64,000 nt of DNA, taken from NCBI GenBank assembly GCA_903848795.1, contig CAINHC010000021.1, positions 11,309 through 75,308 of the forward strand, read 5' to 3'. A model generated the notes under the pieces. That model did no database searches and had not been told where the DNA came from. It saw only the letters and a list, made by a program, of their open reading frames with translations. The translations under genes were made by a program, and so were the position numbers. This DNA is from an uncultured bacterium (GTDB lineage Bacteria > Patescibacteriota > Minisyncoccia > Phycocordibacterales > CAIZLB01). Position 1 is the first letter of the stretch. Each line of letters opens with the position of its first letter. Below, one piece after another: positions 20,426 through 29,759 of this stretch.

Positions 20426-20463
20426 CCACACAAAATTAGAACCTTTTTGATGCTAGGTAAGAG
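20426..20463 (-). repeat. Remnant duplicate of the MFS gene 3' end (last 8 codons, stop, 3' flank)
   Basis: Minus-strand reading of 20426-20463 encodes ...SYLASKRF* followed by the ccacac flank, matching 18013-18048 at the true MFS 3' end. Confidence 0.6.
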
Positions 20464-20508
20464 TAATTTCTTTCACTTTAGTCCTGAATTTACCAGATGA
20501 TTAAATAT

Positions 20509-20967
20509 TTAAAGTCTAATTATAATATAAAACCACAACATAACCATAACAATAGACAAAATCATTGATATTATAACTTGAATTTTCTGCCACTTAGTTA
20601 GGTTTACGATAGTAAGAGTTTTTTTTGATTTACTTAATAAAATCACACAGGAAATAGCTACAATAATTATTATTGGTACAAAAATTATTAAAGCAATTGC
20701 AGAGCCAACATATACCGATGTAACTGTTAGTATCGTATAAAGGATATTTAAAATTGAAAGGACACAAACAAATATAATCTCTATATCTATTATCTTTCTT
20801 AAATTTTTATTTGCATTCTCATCTACTACAACAGGAACCTTTTGATTTGAATCTCCTTTATATATAAGTTTTTTAATTCCGAGATATAAAATGAATAAAA
20901 TTGGAAGTAAAATTATTAAAAACACAAGGCTGAAGTCTGGGCTTAAATCAGATAAAAAACTAATCAT
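20509..20967 (-). CDS. Small polytopic membrane protein, unknown function
   Basis: Four hydrophobic helices; no motif. Confidence 0.3.
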   Translation of the reverse strand: MISFLSDLSPDFSLVFLIILLPILFILYLGIKKLIYKGDSNQKVPVVVDENANKNLRKIIDIEIIFVCVLSILNILYTILTVTSVYVGSAIALIIFVPIIIIVAISCVILLSKSKKTLTIVNLTKWQKIQVIISMILSIVMVMLWFYIIIRL

Positions 20968-21109
20968 GCGTTAATAATAACATCATCAATAATCAAAGCA
21001 AGCAACATTCTATTGAATAAACTGACCTTATCACAAACCACCATGCAAGAAGTTCTGACGTTCAAGACGCTTATTATAAAAAGGCTTGAAACAAAGGCGG
21101 AAATACCGG

Positions 21110-21181
21110 CTGGGAGACTAGGAATCGAACCTAGATTAAAAGCTTCAAAGGCTTCTGTCCTACCGTTAGACGATCTCCCAA
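21110..21181 (-). tRNA. tRNA-Gln (anticodon UUG)
   Basis: The reverse complement gives a 7-bp acceptor stem GGGAGAT/GTCTCCC, T-loop GGTTCGATTCC, and anticodon loop CTTTGAA (U-UUG-A). No encoded CCA. Confidence 0.8.
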
Positions 21182-21241
21182 TGTTCTATACTTTAATATG
21201 AAATCAACTATAAATCAAGGGCTTTTGACTAACAAAGACTA

Positions 21242-21271
21242 TTGACTTTTCTGAATCAAACTTGCTATAAT
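21242..21271 (+). promoter_or_regulatory. Near-consensus sigma-70-type promoter (TTGACT-18 nt-TATAAT)
   Basis: -35 ttgact at 21242-21247, 18-nt spacer, -10 tataat at 21266-21271. No protein gene lies downstream. Confidence 0.5.
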
Positions 21272-21277
21272 AGCAAC

Positions 21278-21338
21278 ATGTAACCTCTTAAGTGAGGTCC
21301 CGAGGAAGCCACCCGCAAGGGTGGCTTCCGTTTTGTGT
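21278..21338 (+). ncRNA. Candidate ~60-nt small RNA between a strong promoter and an intrinsic terminator
   Basis: Short hairpin cctc-ttaagt-gagg, then an 11-bp perfect stem ggaagccaccc/gggtggcttcc with a GCAA tetraloop (21304-21329), then gttttgtgt. Confidence 0.4.
21304..21338 (+). terminator. Rho-independent terminator
   Basis: Perfect 11-bp GC-rich stem, GNRA loop, U-tract. Confidence 0.65.
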
Positions 21339-21508
21339 CTATCTCGCAAATGAAGCTAAGACTTTTTTAACCCTTCTAAAATCTTCAACACTCATCTCTC
21401 CAATTTTTCTAATAAATCTCTTGCTACTAATAGACCTGATTTGTGACATATTTATTGTTTTTATTACATTTTCATTATTTAAAAATTGAATGAAAAATTT
21501 ACCCTCTT

Positions 21509-21742
21509 TTAATGTACTTGTAGCGGAGCTACTAACAGTCCAAGATTATTAAAGACTTTTATAACCACCACAGGTCTTTCAAATCTATGGTTTTTACCAT
21601 TTATCTCAACACCAATATTTTGACCCAAATTTACCCACCAAATGTCTCTTACTTGGGGATATGAAAAACTCTCAGATTTATGAATACTGATTTTGAGATT
21701 ATTCCATTCGTTAAAAATTTCCGATATTTTATCATCACCCAT
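21509..21742 (-). pseudogene. PemK/MazF-family toxin, C-terminally truncated fragment with no cognate antitoxin
   Basis: RDIWWVNLGQNIGVEINGKNHRFERPVVVI...VAPLQ matches the MazF N-terminal core (GdI..v.f.p..G.E..G.RPalV...vaP.T). 77 aa against ~110 expected; no antitoxin ORF upstream. Confidence 0.45.
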
Positions 21743-21858
21743 ACTCTAATTATGGAATATTGAGTATAAAGAATTTTCTATTTTTTTATAAAGAAAATAC
21801 AAAGATTTTATTGAGCCTCTATTGCCTTAGATGTGCTGGAACCTTAGCTACCCCAACC

Positions 21859-22989
21859 CTACTCCAAACACTCCGCTACCACCATCTCAAGTGGCAAGGT
21901 TGGTATTGCACTCTTGCCCAATCTTCCATGTGCAATCAAAAGTCTCTCCAAAATTATGGCAATCTTTTTTGGTGACTTTAGCGCCAACCTCTCTGCATCG
22001 GTTGCGCTTCCCTTCTCTTTTTCAAAATTAATTGCCTCAGCTGGCGCACGCACCGCTCCACTACTCATACTCAAAAGCAAAGTTTTTCTAACGCTTTCCA
22101 AAACAAGTTCTGTGAAAAGTTTTACATCCCCTCCATTGTCACGAACAATATCAAGTTGAGCTAGTGCAAGCACAGCATCTCCCGTTATTATTCCCTTTGC
22201 AAAATTGTTTACCACAACGGACTTTGGTGCGCCAGTTATTTGTTCAGCCTCGGCTAGTGTAATTTCTGATTTTGCACCACTTCCCTTTACGTCTGATGAC
22301 CCACCAGCAAGCGACAAGACTTTTTGCAAAACACTGAGTGTATCTCTAAATGATCCATCCCCAAGAAGCGCAATTAAACTACCAACCTCTTCATCAATTG
22401 TAATTCCTTCTTTTTTTGCAATATCAATTGCAATCTTTTTCAAAGTTTCGACGTTCGGCTTTTTGAATTGAAAAGTCTGACATCTTGAGATAACTGTTTC
22501 TGGAAGTTTTTGCATCTCAGTTGTTGCAAGAATAAAGATGACATGCTTTGGTGGCTCTTCCAATGTTTTTAAAAATGCGTTGAATGCTGATTTGGAAAGC
22601 ATGTGCACCTCATCCAATATGTAAACCTTGTATGTAGAGTCAAATGGAATCGTATGAACTGATTCATTTAAATTTCTAATATCATCGACACTAGTATTTG
22701 ATGCAGCGTCTATTTCATATAAATCTTTCTCCGTTGTCCCAAGCTCACGTGCAAAAATTCTTGCAACACTAGTCTTCCCCGTTCCTCTTCCTCCACAAAA
22801 AAGATATGCGTGTGCTATTTTTCCAGACTTAATGGAATCTTCTAAAACTGAAACAACGTGCTCTTGTCCAATAACTTCACTGAAGTTTGCTGGGCGATAT
22901 GTTCTATATAATGATGAATGGACAGTTGGCATATGAGACCCCGCCTCTCTAACGCCTACTGTAGTGTTGTTTGTGGTTTTTGAAGACAT
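21859..22989 (-). CDS. dnaX: DNA polymerase III subunit gamma/tau, short form
   Basis: AHAYLFCGGRGTGKTSVARIFARELG (Walker A) and YKVYILDEVHML; the true start may be the internal MPTVHSSLYRTYRP. Confidence 0.85.
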   Translation of the reverse strand: MSSKTTNNTTVGVREAGSHMPTVHSSLYRTYRPANFSEVIGQEHVVSVLEDSIKSGKIAHAYLFCGGRGTGKTSVARIFARELGTTEKDLYEIDAASNTSVDDIRNLNESVHTIPFDSTYKVYILDEVHMLSKSAFNAFLKTLEEPPKHVIFILATTEMQKLPETVISRCQTFQFKKPNVETLKKIAIDIAKKEGITIDEEVGSLIALLGDGSFRDTLSVLQKVLSLAGGSSDVKGSGAKSEITLAEAEQITGAPKSVVVNNFAKGIITGDAVLALAQLDIVRDNGGDVKLFTELVLESVRKTLLLSMSSGAVRAPAEAINFEKEKGSATDAERLALKSPKKIAIILERLLIAHGRLGKSAIPTLPLEMVVAECLE

Positions 22990-23281
22990 AGAGAGAGTAT
23001 AACATTTATTTTGTAAGGCAAAAAGAAAATGGCTCCTAAGGCACCTGCACCCTTCGGATCCCTATTCGTATGGATACCCATATTATCACATTTCAAATTT
23101 TAAAAATCAAATTCGATAGAATAGTATTTATCTTACGGATATTTGCGATGAATTATTAGCCCCATTTATAAAATCGACGGAAAAACCGTCAATTTTCCAT
23201 AATAGGGTTAAAAATATCGGCTGTGATTCGCAAAGTTAATCACATTTATTCTTGTGAGCCCCAGTAGTCAATCATAACAAA

Positions 23282-24487
23282 TCAATCTATTTTTGATAAA
23301 AATCGTAATATCACCTCCCTCACCTCCTCCGCGTTATTTGTCTCCATTAATTCCGCTCGTAATTCCTTTGCGCCATCGAAACCATTAACGTAAGCTTTGA
23401 AATGCTTTTTCATTACTGCAAAGTTTTTTATTCCACCTAACTCATCTTGGAATTTTTGAGTATGCTCGAGCATTACATTTAATTTCTCTTCAAGCGAAGG
23501 TTCATTTTGTACAACATCAAAATCACCGCTTGCGTTTCTTGTGATAGGTTTTTGTAATGCAGAAAAGAGCCATGGGTTTCCAAATATTCCTCTACCAATC
23601 ATCACACCATCGGCTTCTGATTCTTCTGCTTTGTTATAAGCATCAGCAACTGATGTCACATCTCCATTTCCAAAAATTAAGGTGTGCTGTTTGCCAGTCA
23701 CAATCAAATCCTTTTGAAATTCATTTCTAATCGCCACAGCTCTTTTTACATAATTCCAATCAGCTGGAACCTTCGACATTTCCTTTCTTGTGCGAGCATG
23801 AATTGTAACAACTGCGGGGCTAGCCTCTAGTATATTTCTGAGCCACGAATCTAGTTCGTCTTTATTGTATCCAACTCTGGTCTTTACGGTTATTGGAATA
23901 TTTGGCGCACCACGCTTAGCTGCAAAAATAATTTCTTTAGCCAACTTTGGATTCTTCATCATCGATGCTCCAGCTTTTTGTCTTTCAATACTCTTATCAG
24001 GACAACCCATATTCAAATCGATTCCATCATATCCTAAATCTGCGACAATTTTGCAAGCCTCTTCCATGTATTTTGGATTTGAACCAAAGAGCTGTGCAAC
24101 AATTAATTTTTCTTCTTTTTCAAATTTCAAATCTGCCAAGAGTTTTTTCTTTCCAACGGGCGATGCACGGACGAGTCCATCAGCTGAGACGAATTCTGTC
24201 CACAGTACATCTGGCTTACCATATTTGTTTATGACATATCTAAACGCGCAATCTGTAACATCCGCCATCGGCGCGAGGACACAGATCGGTCGTCCGATTG
24301 GTCTTCCGATTGGTCTTCCGATATTTTTTACATCTTCATATCCCCCGTTTTTTAAACCTCCATCCTCATGTTTAATCGATCCACACTTATTATTCAAATC
24401 ATTCCAAAATCCCAGCTGTGGTTCGACAACTGCTTTCGAATTTTTTGATGCTTTTAAAAAATATTTAAATAGATTTAATAGGTTCAT
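23282..24487 (-). CDS. dus: tRNA-dihydrouridine synthase
   Basis: CVLAPMADVTDCAFRYV...DGIDLNMGCP...KTRVG (FMN/TIM-barrel Dus motifs). Carries a (GRPI)3 insertion from a 12-nt tandem repeat. Confidence 0.8.
   Translation of the reverse strand: MNLLNLFKYFLKASKNSKAVVEPQLGFWNDLNNKCGSIKHEDGGLKNGGYEDVKNIGRPIGRPIGRPICVLAPMADVTDCAFRYVINKYGKPDVLWTEFVSADGLVRASPVGKKKLLADLKFEKEEKLIVAQLFGSNPKYMEEACKIVADLGYDGIDLNMGCPDKSIERQKAGASMMKNPKLAKEIIFAAKRGAPNIPITVKTRVGYNKDELDSWLRNILEASPAVVTIHARTRKEMSKVPADWNYVKRAVAIRNEFQKDLIVTGKQHTLIFGNGDVTSVADAYNKAEESEADGVMIGRGIFGNPWLFSALQKPITRNASGDFDVVQNEPSLEEKLNVMLEHTQKFQDELGGIKNFAVMKKHFKAYVNGFDGAKELRAELMETNNAEEVREVILRFLSKID
24284..24336. repeat. 12-nt tandem repeat (ccgattggtctt)x~3.5 inside dus, encoding GRPIGRPIGRPI
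   Basis: cggtcgtccgattggtcttccgattggtcttccgat. Confidence 0.8.
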
Positions 24488-24549
24488 ATTTTACAAATTT
24501 TCCATCTCGTTTTATCTTGACATTGTATCAAATTTTTAGATAAACAATA

Positions 24550-24582
24550 GGGCGCGGCGGGGGTCCTCCCCGCCGCGCCCAA
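24550..24582 (-). terminator. GC-rich 13-bp perfect hairpin between the HAD gene and dus (probable terminator or attenuator)
   Basis: gggcgcggcgggg-gtcct-ccccgccgcgccc. On the minus strand it is followed by a U-rich stretch (tattgtttatct). Confidence 0.4.
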
Positions 24583-24598
24583 TCATGAAGTTACCAAC

Positions 24599-25387
24599 TC
24601 AAAACAACATTGGATTTTTCAAGTGCCCCCCATTGATGACATCAATGATTCTGTTATGGTATACGAAAGCACGGGCTCCAGAATTACGCATTTCTTCAAC
24701 CCATAAATCTCTCAAGCCGATTATATTCTTGATTTCATGCGTAGTAACCGCCACGGGATATATCAAACTCCGAGTAGAACTCGTAGCCTTCATGTCTCCC
24801 GAAGTGTCACCAAAATAGTAGAACGGGATTCTGCTTTCCGAATGATGAAGGTAATGCCTTCTTGCCAGTTCAGCAAGAATGGCTGATTTATCCTCCACCA
24901 CAATTACATCCACATCAAGCCCAGCCTCACGTCTGACTATATCAGCAACAGGATGAATAGAATTGAGTGTGACAACAATAACATGAAATTTATCAGCAAT
25001 TTTTCGAAGCTGTTCTGCAACGCCTGGAAACAAGTTACAGGGATTACGTTTCTCAATCTTGACAATCAAACTAGTGAATATGTCCCAAGCATCATCCAGT
25101 GGTACATAACTTGGAACTCCCCATTTATAAAGATCGGGATGGACCCCCATCTTAAATTTTTCAGCACAAGGAACACATTTGAGGTCGTCACTATACATCA
25201 TGACAATCTCAACCGCAGCTTGATGGTAGGTTCTCCAGCCTTCAAAGAGAGTGCCGTCAAAATCAAAAGCTACCAACGGCTTTGGACTATTTAATACCCC
25301 ATCGGGAATTCTTATCATTTGACACTCATCTAATCCCAATGGAAGAGTTACAAACTCCTGGTCTATAAATTTTATTCCGCTTTTCAT
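24599..25387 (-). CDS. HAD-superfamily hydrolase
   Basis: Motif I FDFDGTL and motif IV FGDTSGD. Confidence 0.5.
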   Translation of the reverse strand: MKSGIKFIDQEFVTLPLGLDECQMIRIPDGVLNSPKPLVAFDFDGTLFEGWRTYHQAAVEIVMMYSDDLKCVPCAEKFKMGVHPDLYKWGVPSYVPLDDAWDIFTSLIVKIEKRNPCNLFPGVAEQLRKIADKFHVIVVTLNSIHPVADIVRREAGLDVDVIVVEDKSAILAELARRHYLHHSESRIPFYYFGDTSGDMKATSSTRSLIYPVAVTTHEIKNIIGLRDLWVEEMRNSGARAFVYHNRIIDVINGGHLKNPMLF

Positions 25388-25531
25388 TCTATCTTTTTTC
25401 TATTGGTTCGTTGTTGTTTTTTATCTAATTCTCGTGAAAATTTGAAAAGGACATTTGACATAGGTCAACCCTTCTGTTGGATAGAATACTACATTAAAAC
25501 TTATGATACAATGGGCATATACAAATTATAA

Positions 25532-26977
<1,446 letters not shown>

Positions 26978-27093
26978 TTCCATTACTCTCAGCACACTTC
27001 ACCCCGCCCCCCCCCCGCACTACTCATGTGCAAAAAATTCCAAAAATTAAATTAGAAAAATTATCAATTAAGGGTTCGTAAATAAAAAAATAT

Positions 27094-28740
27094 ATGGACA
27101 CGCAAACTCAATCACAAAACATAAATCAAGATCCAGATTTTGGTACAACAGAAACTGACGGTGCCGTTATCGCAGATAGACATCACTTAAGAAAGCCGGT
27201 TGTATTAATAGTACTTGATGGTTGGGGCCATAGAGAGGATACAAAGGATAACGCACTTGCAACCGCCAATACTCCGAAGTTCCGTGAGTTTTGGAACAAT
27301 TACCCACATACACTCCTTGACGCCAGCGGACTTGCTGTTGGACTTCCAGAAGGACAAATGGGGAATAGTGAAATTGGTCATACAACAATTGGAGCGGGTC
27401 GCGCAATGGACACTGACTTAGTGAGAATCAAAAAGTCTATAGTTTCAGGCGAATACGATACCCTACCACCATTTGTAGAATTATTTAATCATGTCAAAGA
27501 GCATGATAGTACTCTGCATGTTATGGGACTCTTGAGTGACGGTGGTATTCACTCACATCAAGATCATCTTTTTGCATTTATCAGAGCCGCAAAAAATGCA
27601 GGAGTTAAAAAGCTTGCAGTCCATGTCTTTACTGATGGACGCGATACTCCTCCGCAAAGCGCAGCAAAGTATGTAGGAGAATTGGAGACAGTCCTTAAAG
27701 AAACTGGGCTTGGTCACATTGCAACAATTTGTGGTAGATACTATGCAATGGATAGAGACAATAACGCAGACAGAACTGACAAAGCAGAAGATGCGATCTT
27801 CAGTGGAATTGGTCATGATTGTGAAATTGAACCAACAGAGTATCTAGAGGCACTTTACAAAGAAGGAAAGATTGATGAGTTACTAGAGCCAATCGTATGC
27901 AAAAATGTTATTGATGGAGTTAAAGTATTTGGCACACCAACAAAAGAAGATGACGCTATTTTCTTCTTTAACTTCAGAGCAGATCGCGCTCGACAATTAA
28001 CAAGAGACATTCTTGCAAAAGCAAAGGCGATGGATTGGAAGTTTGCTGGAATGACATCATACGGTGATGAATTCCACTATCCTGTCGTCTTCCCTTCTCT
28101 TGTAATTGAAACAACTCTTGCAAAAGAAATTTCAGAAGGAGGATTTACTCAAGCTCACATTGCAGAAACTGAGAAATTCCCTCACGCAACATATTTCCTA
28201 AACGGCGGAGTTGAAAAGCCATATCCAGGTGAATCACATATTCTTTTGGCAAGCCATAAGGATGTTGCAACACACGACCTAGCTCCAAAGATGCGTGCTG
28301 AAGGAATTGCTGATAAAGCAATTGAACAAATTGAAGCTGGAACTGACTTTATCTTCATCAACTTCGCAAACGCGGACATGGTGGGTCACACAGCAAATGT
28401 TCCTGCGATAATCGAATCAGTTGAGGAAGCTGATAAGCAATTAGGTAGAGTTGTCGATTCTGTTGACGCACACGGCGGAGTTGCTTTCATTACAGCGGAC
28501 CATGGAAATGCTGAATTGAATATCGATCAAACAACTGGCAACAAACACACATCACACACAACAAATCTTGTACCGATGATTGTGACAGACAAGGCAATTA
28601 AATTGCGAGCAAAAGGAAACTCAACTAATCCAGACACACTTGGAGTTCCAACTCTTGCTGACATCGCTCCAACAATCTTCGATGAAATGCAAATCAAGAA
28701 ACCAGATTTCATGACAGGAGAGAGTTTGATTGTGAAGTAG
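27094..28740 (+). CDS. gpmI: 2,3-bisphosphoglycerate-independent phosphoglycerate mutase
   Basis: VVLIVLDGWGHRED, NSEIGHTTIGAGR and TADHGN motifs. Confidence 0.9.
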   Translation: MDTQTQSQNINQDPDFGTTETDGAVIADRHHLRKPVVLIVLDGWGHREDTKDNALATANTPKFREFWNNYPHTLLDASGLAVGLPEGQMGNSEIGHTTIGAGRAMDTDLVRIKKSIVSGEYDTLPPFVELFNHVKEHDSTLHVMGLLSDGGIHSHQDHLFAFIRAAKNAGVKKLAVHVFTDGRDTPPQSAAKYVGELETVLKETGLGHIATICGRYYAMDRDNNADRTDKAEDAIFSGIGHDCEIEPTEYLEALYKEGKIDELLEPIVCKNVIDGVKVFGTPTKEDDAIFFFNFRADRARQLTRDILAKAKAMDWKFAGMTSYGDEFHYPVVFPSLVIETTLAKEISEGGFTQAHIAETEKFPHATYFLNGGVEKPYPGESHILLASHKDVATHDLAPKMRAEGIADKAIEQIEAGTDFIFINFANADMVGHTANVPAIIESVEEADKQLGRVVDSVDAHGGVAFITADHGNAELNIDQTTGNKHTSHTTNLVPMIVTDKAIKLRAKGNSTNPDTLGVPTLADIAPTIFDEMQIKKPDFMTGESLIVK

Positions 28741-28812
28741 ATTTCCAATCACGCGCCACTTCAGTGCATTCCAACGTCGCTCGGGCGCTGCTCGGGCTGA
28801 AAAAAAGTAATT

Positions 28813-28840
28813 AACCGCATTAGAGATGATGCGGTTTTTA
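28813..28840 (+). terminator. Rho-independent terminator of gpmI
   Basis: accgcat-loop-atgcggt followed by ttttt. Confidence 0.6.
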
Positions 28841-28846
28841 CTTGCA

Positions 28847-28871
28847 ACAAAAAACCGGCTTGTCAGGCCGG
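28847..28871 (-). terminator. Rho-independent terminator of the minus-strand GC-rich gene
   Basis: ccggc-ttgtcag-gccgg, preceded on the plus strand by an A6 run (a U-tract on the minus strand). Confidence 0.55.
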
Positions 28872-28902
28872 GCACTTAAACAGTGCAGTTTTTGAGGAAA
28901 AG

Positions 28903-29529
28903 TCACTCATGTGCGATATTCCCTTCGTCGGCTGTCCGAGTCAACAGGATGCGACAATCGTCATAATGCAGGCTGGCGTGTTCTGGGGGGAGTTCAAAGA
29001 AACGCAGTATCAATTGACCATCTTGAATCTCGGTCGTCAAAATTACAACCGCCGCCTCATTGAACTCATCCTCCGGAAAAACGCGGACTAGTGCGCGGGT
29101 AGGAAGTAACCCCCAACCGTATTCCCTGTCGTTTGCTAAATAACAGATAGCTGTGGTGGCTTCCAAGTCTCCAGCCAAACCATAATAATCACTCACATTA
29201 TATCTGCTGGTCCAGTTTAGGCATTCAATCATTCGGTCAATTTTGTCGGCAAAGGGCAACCGAGACGTATCCTCCACTGATGGCGTGCGGTTATCAACTC
29301 TGACGAAACACATAGATACCATATGTGAAAATACTGGGAATCCGTGTACTGGCCATAATAGCCGGTCAAACATCCTGATATCGCCAACAATGGTAACGTC
29401 ACCCCGCTCAGCCAGACGCGCTAGTAGACTGGAAGGATCTGCGCCTTCAAAGACGTTGAGAAGGAAGTCTGGTATTACACCAATCCCTTCCTTATCACCT
29501 GCTTGAAAAACATCTTTCGTAAGTATCAT
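28903..29529 (-). CDS. Hypothetical protein in a compositionally atypical (~48% GC) segment; probable horizontally acquired gene
   Basis: 208-aa ORF with its own terminator; GC clearly above the flanks; no recognisable motif. Confidence 0.4.
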   Translation of the reverse strand: MILTKDVFQAGDKEGIGVIPDFLLNVFEGADPSSLLARLAERGDVTIVGDIRMFDRLLWPVHGFPVFSHMVSMCFVRVDNRTPSVEDTSRLPFADKIDRMIECLNWTSRYNVSDYYGLAGDLEATTAICYLANDREYGWGLLPTRALVRVFPEDEFNEAAVVILTTEIQDGQLILRFFELPPEHASLHYDDCRILLTRTADEGNIAHE

Positions 29530-29759
29530 TTAGTTCTCCGTTCCAATACGTTGTTTTCCAAAACAATTTTACCTCTTAGAGCGAGGGGTAGAACTGGTTT
29601 GAACTTTGTTCTTAGACGCCATCTAATGCTCCGCGTCTGTTTTCGATAATAGAGTAGCACAGATGGGTGGATGGGGCAAAAATCGGTTATAAAATAAACA
29701 CACCTACGTTGATGTGCTTATTTATATGTAGCAGAAATTTATTTCGTAGCTATCAAAAT

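Noticed and set aside
9300-21200. Integrase or transposase defining the island as an active mobile element
   Set aside because: No tyrosine- or serine-recombinase or DDE transposase motifs appear in any frame. Island status rests only on gene content and tRNA adjacency.
21013-21201. 62-aa plus-strand ORF overlapping tRNA-Gln
   Set aside because: It is antisense to a well-folded tRNA and its translation mirrors tRNA sequence constraints. Judged spurious.
21292-21489. 65-aa ORF as product of the strong promoter at 21242
   Set aside because: The ORF begins inside the terminator hairpin and reads through it. The transcript almost certainly ends at 21338, so a non-coding RNA explains the signals better.
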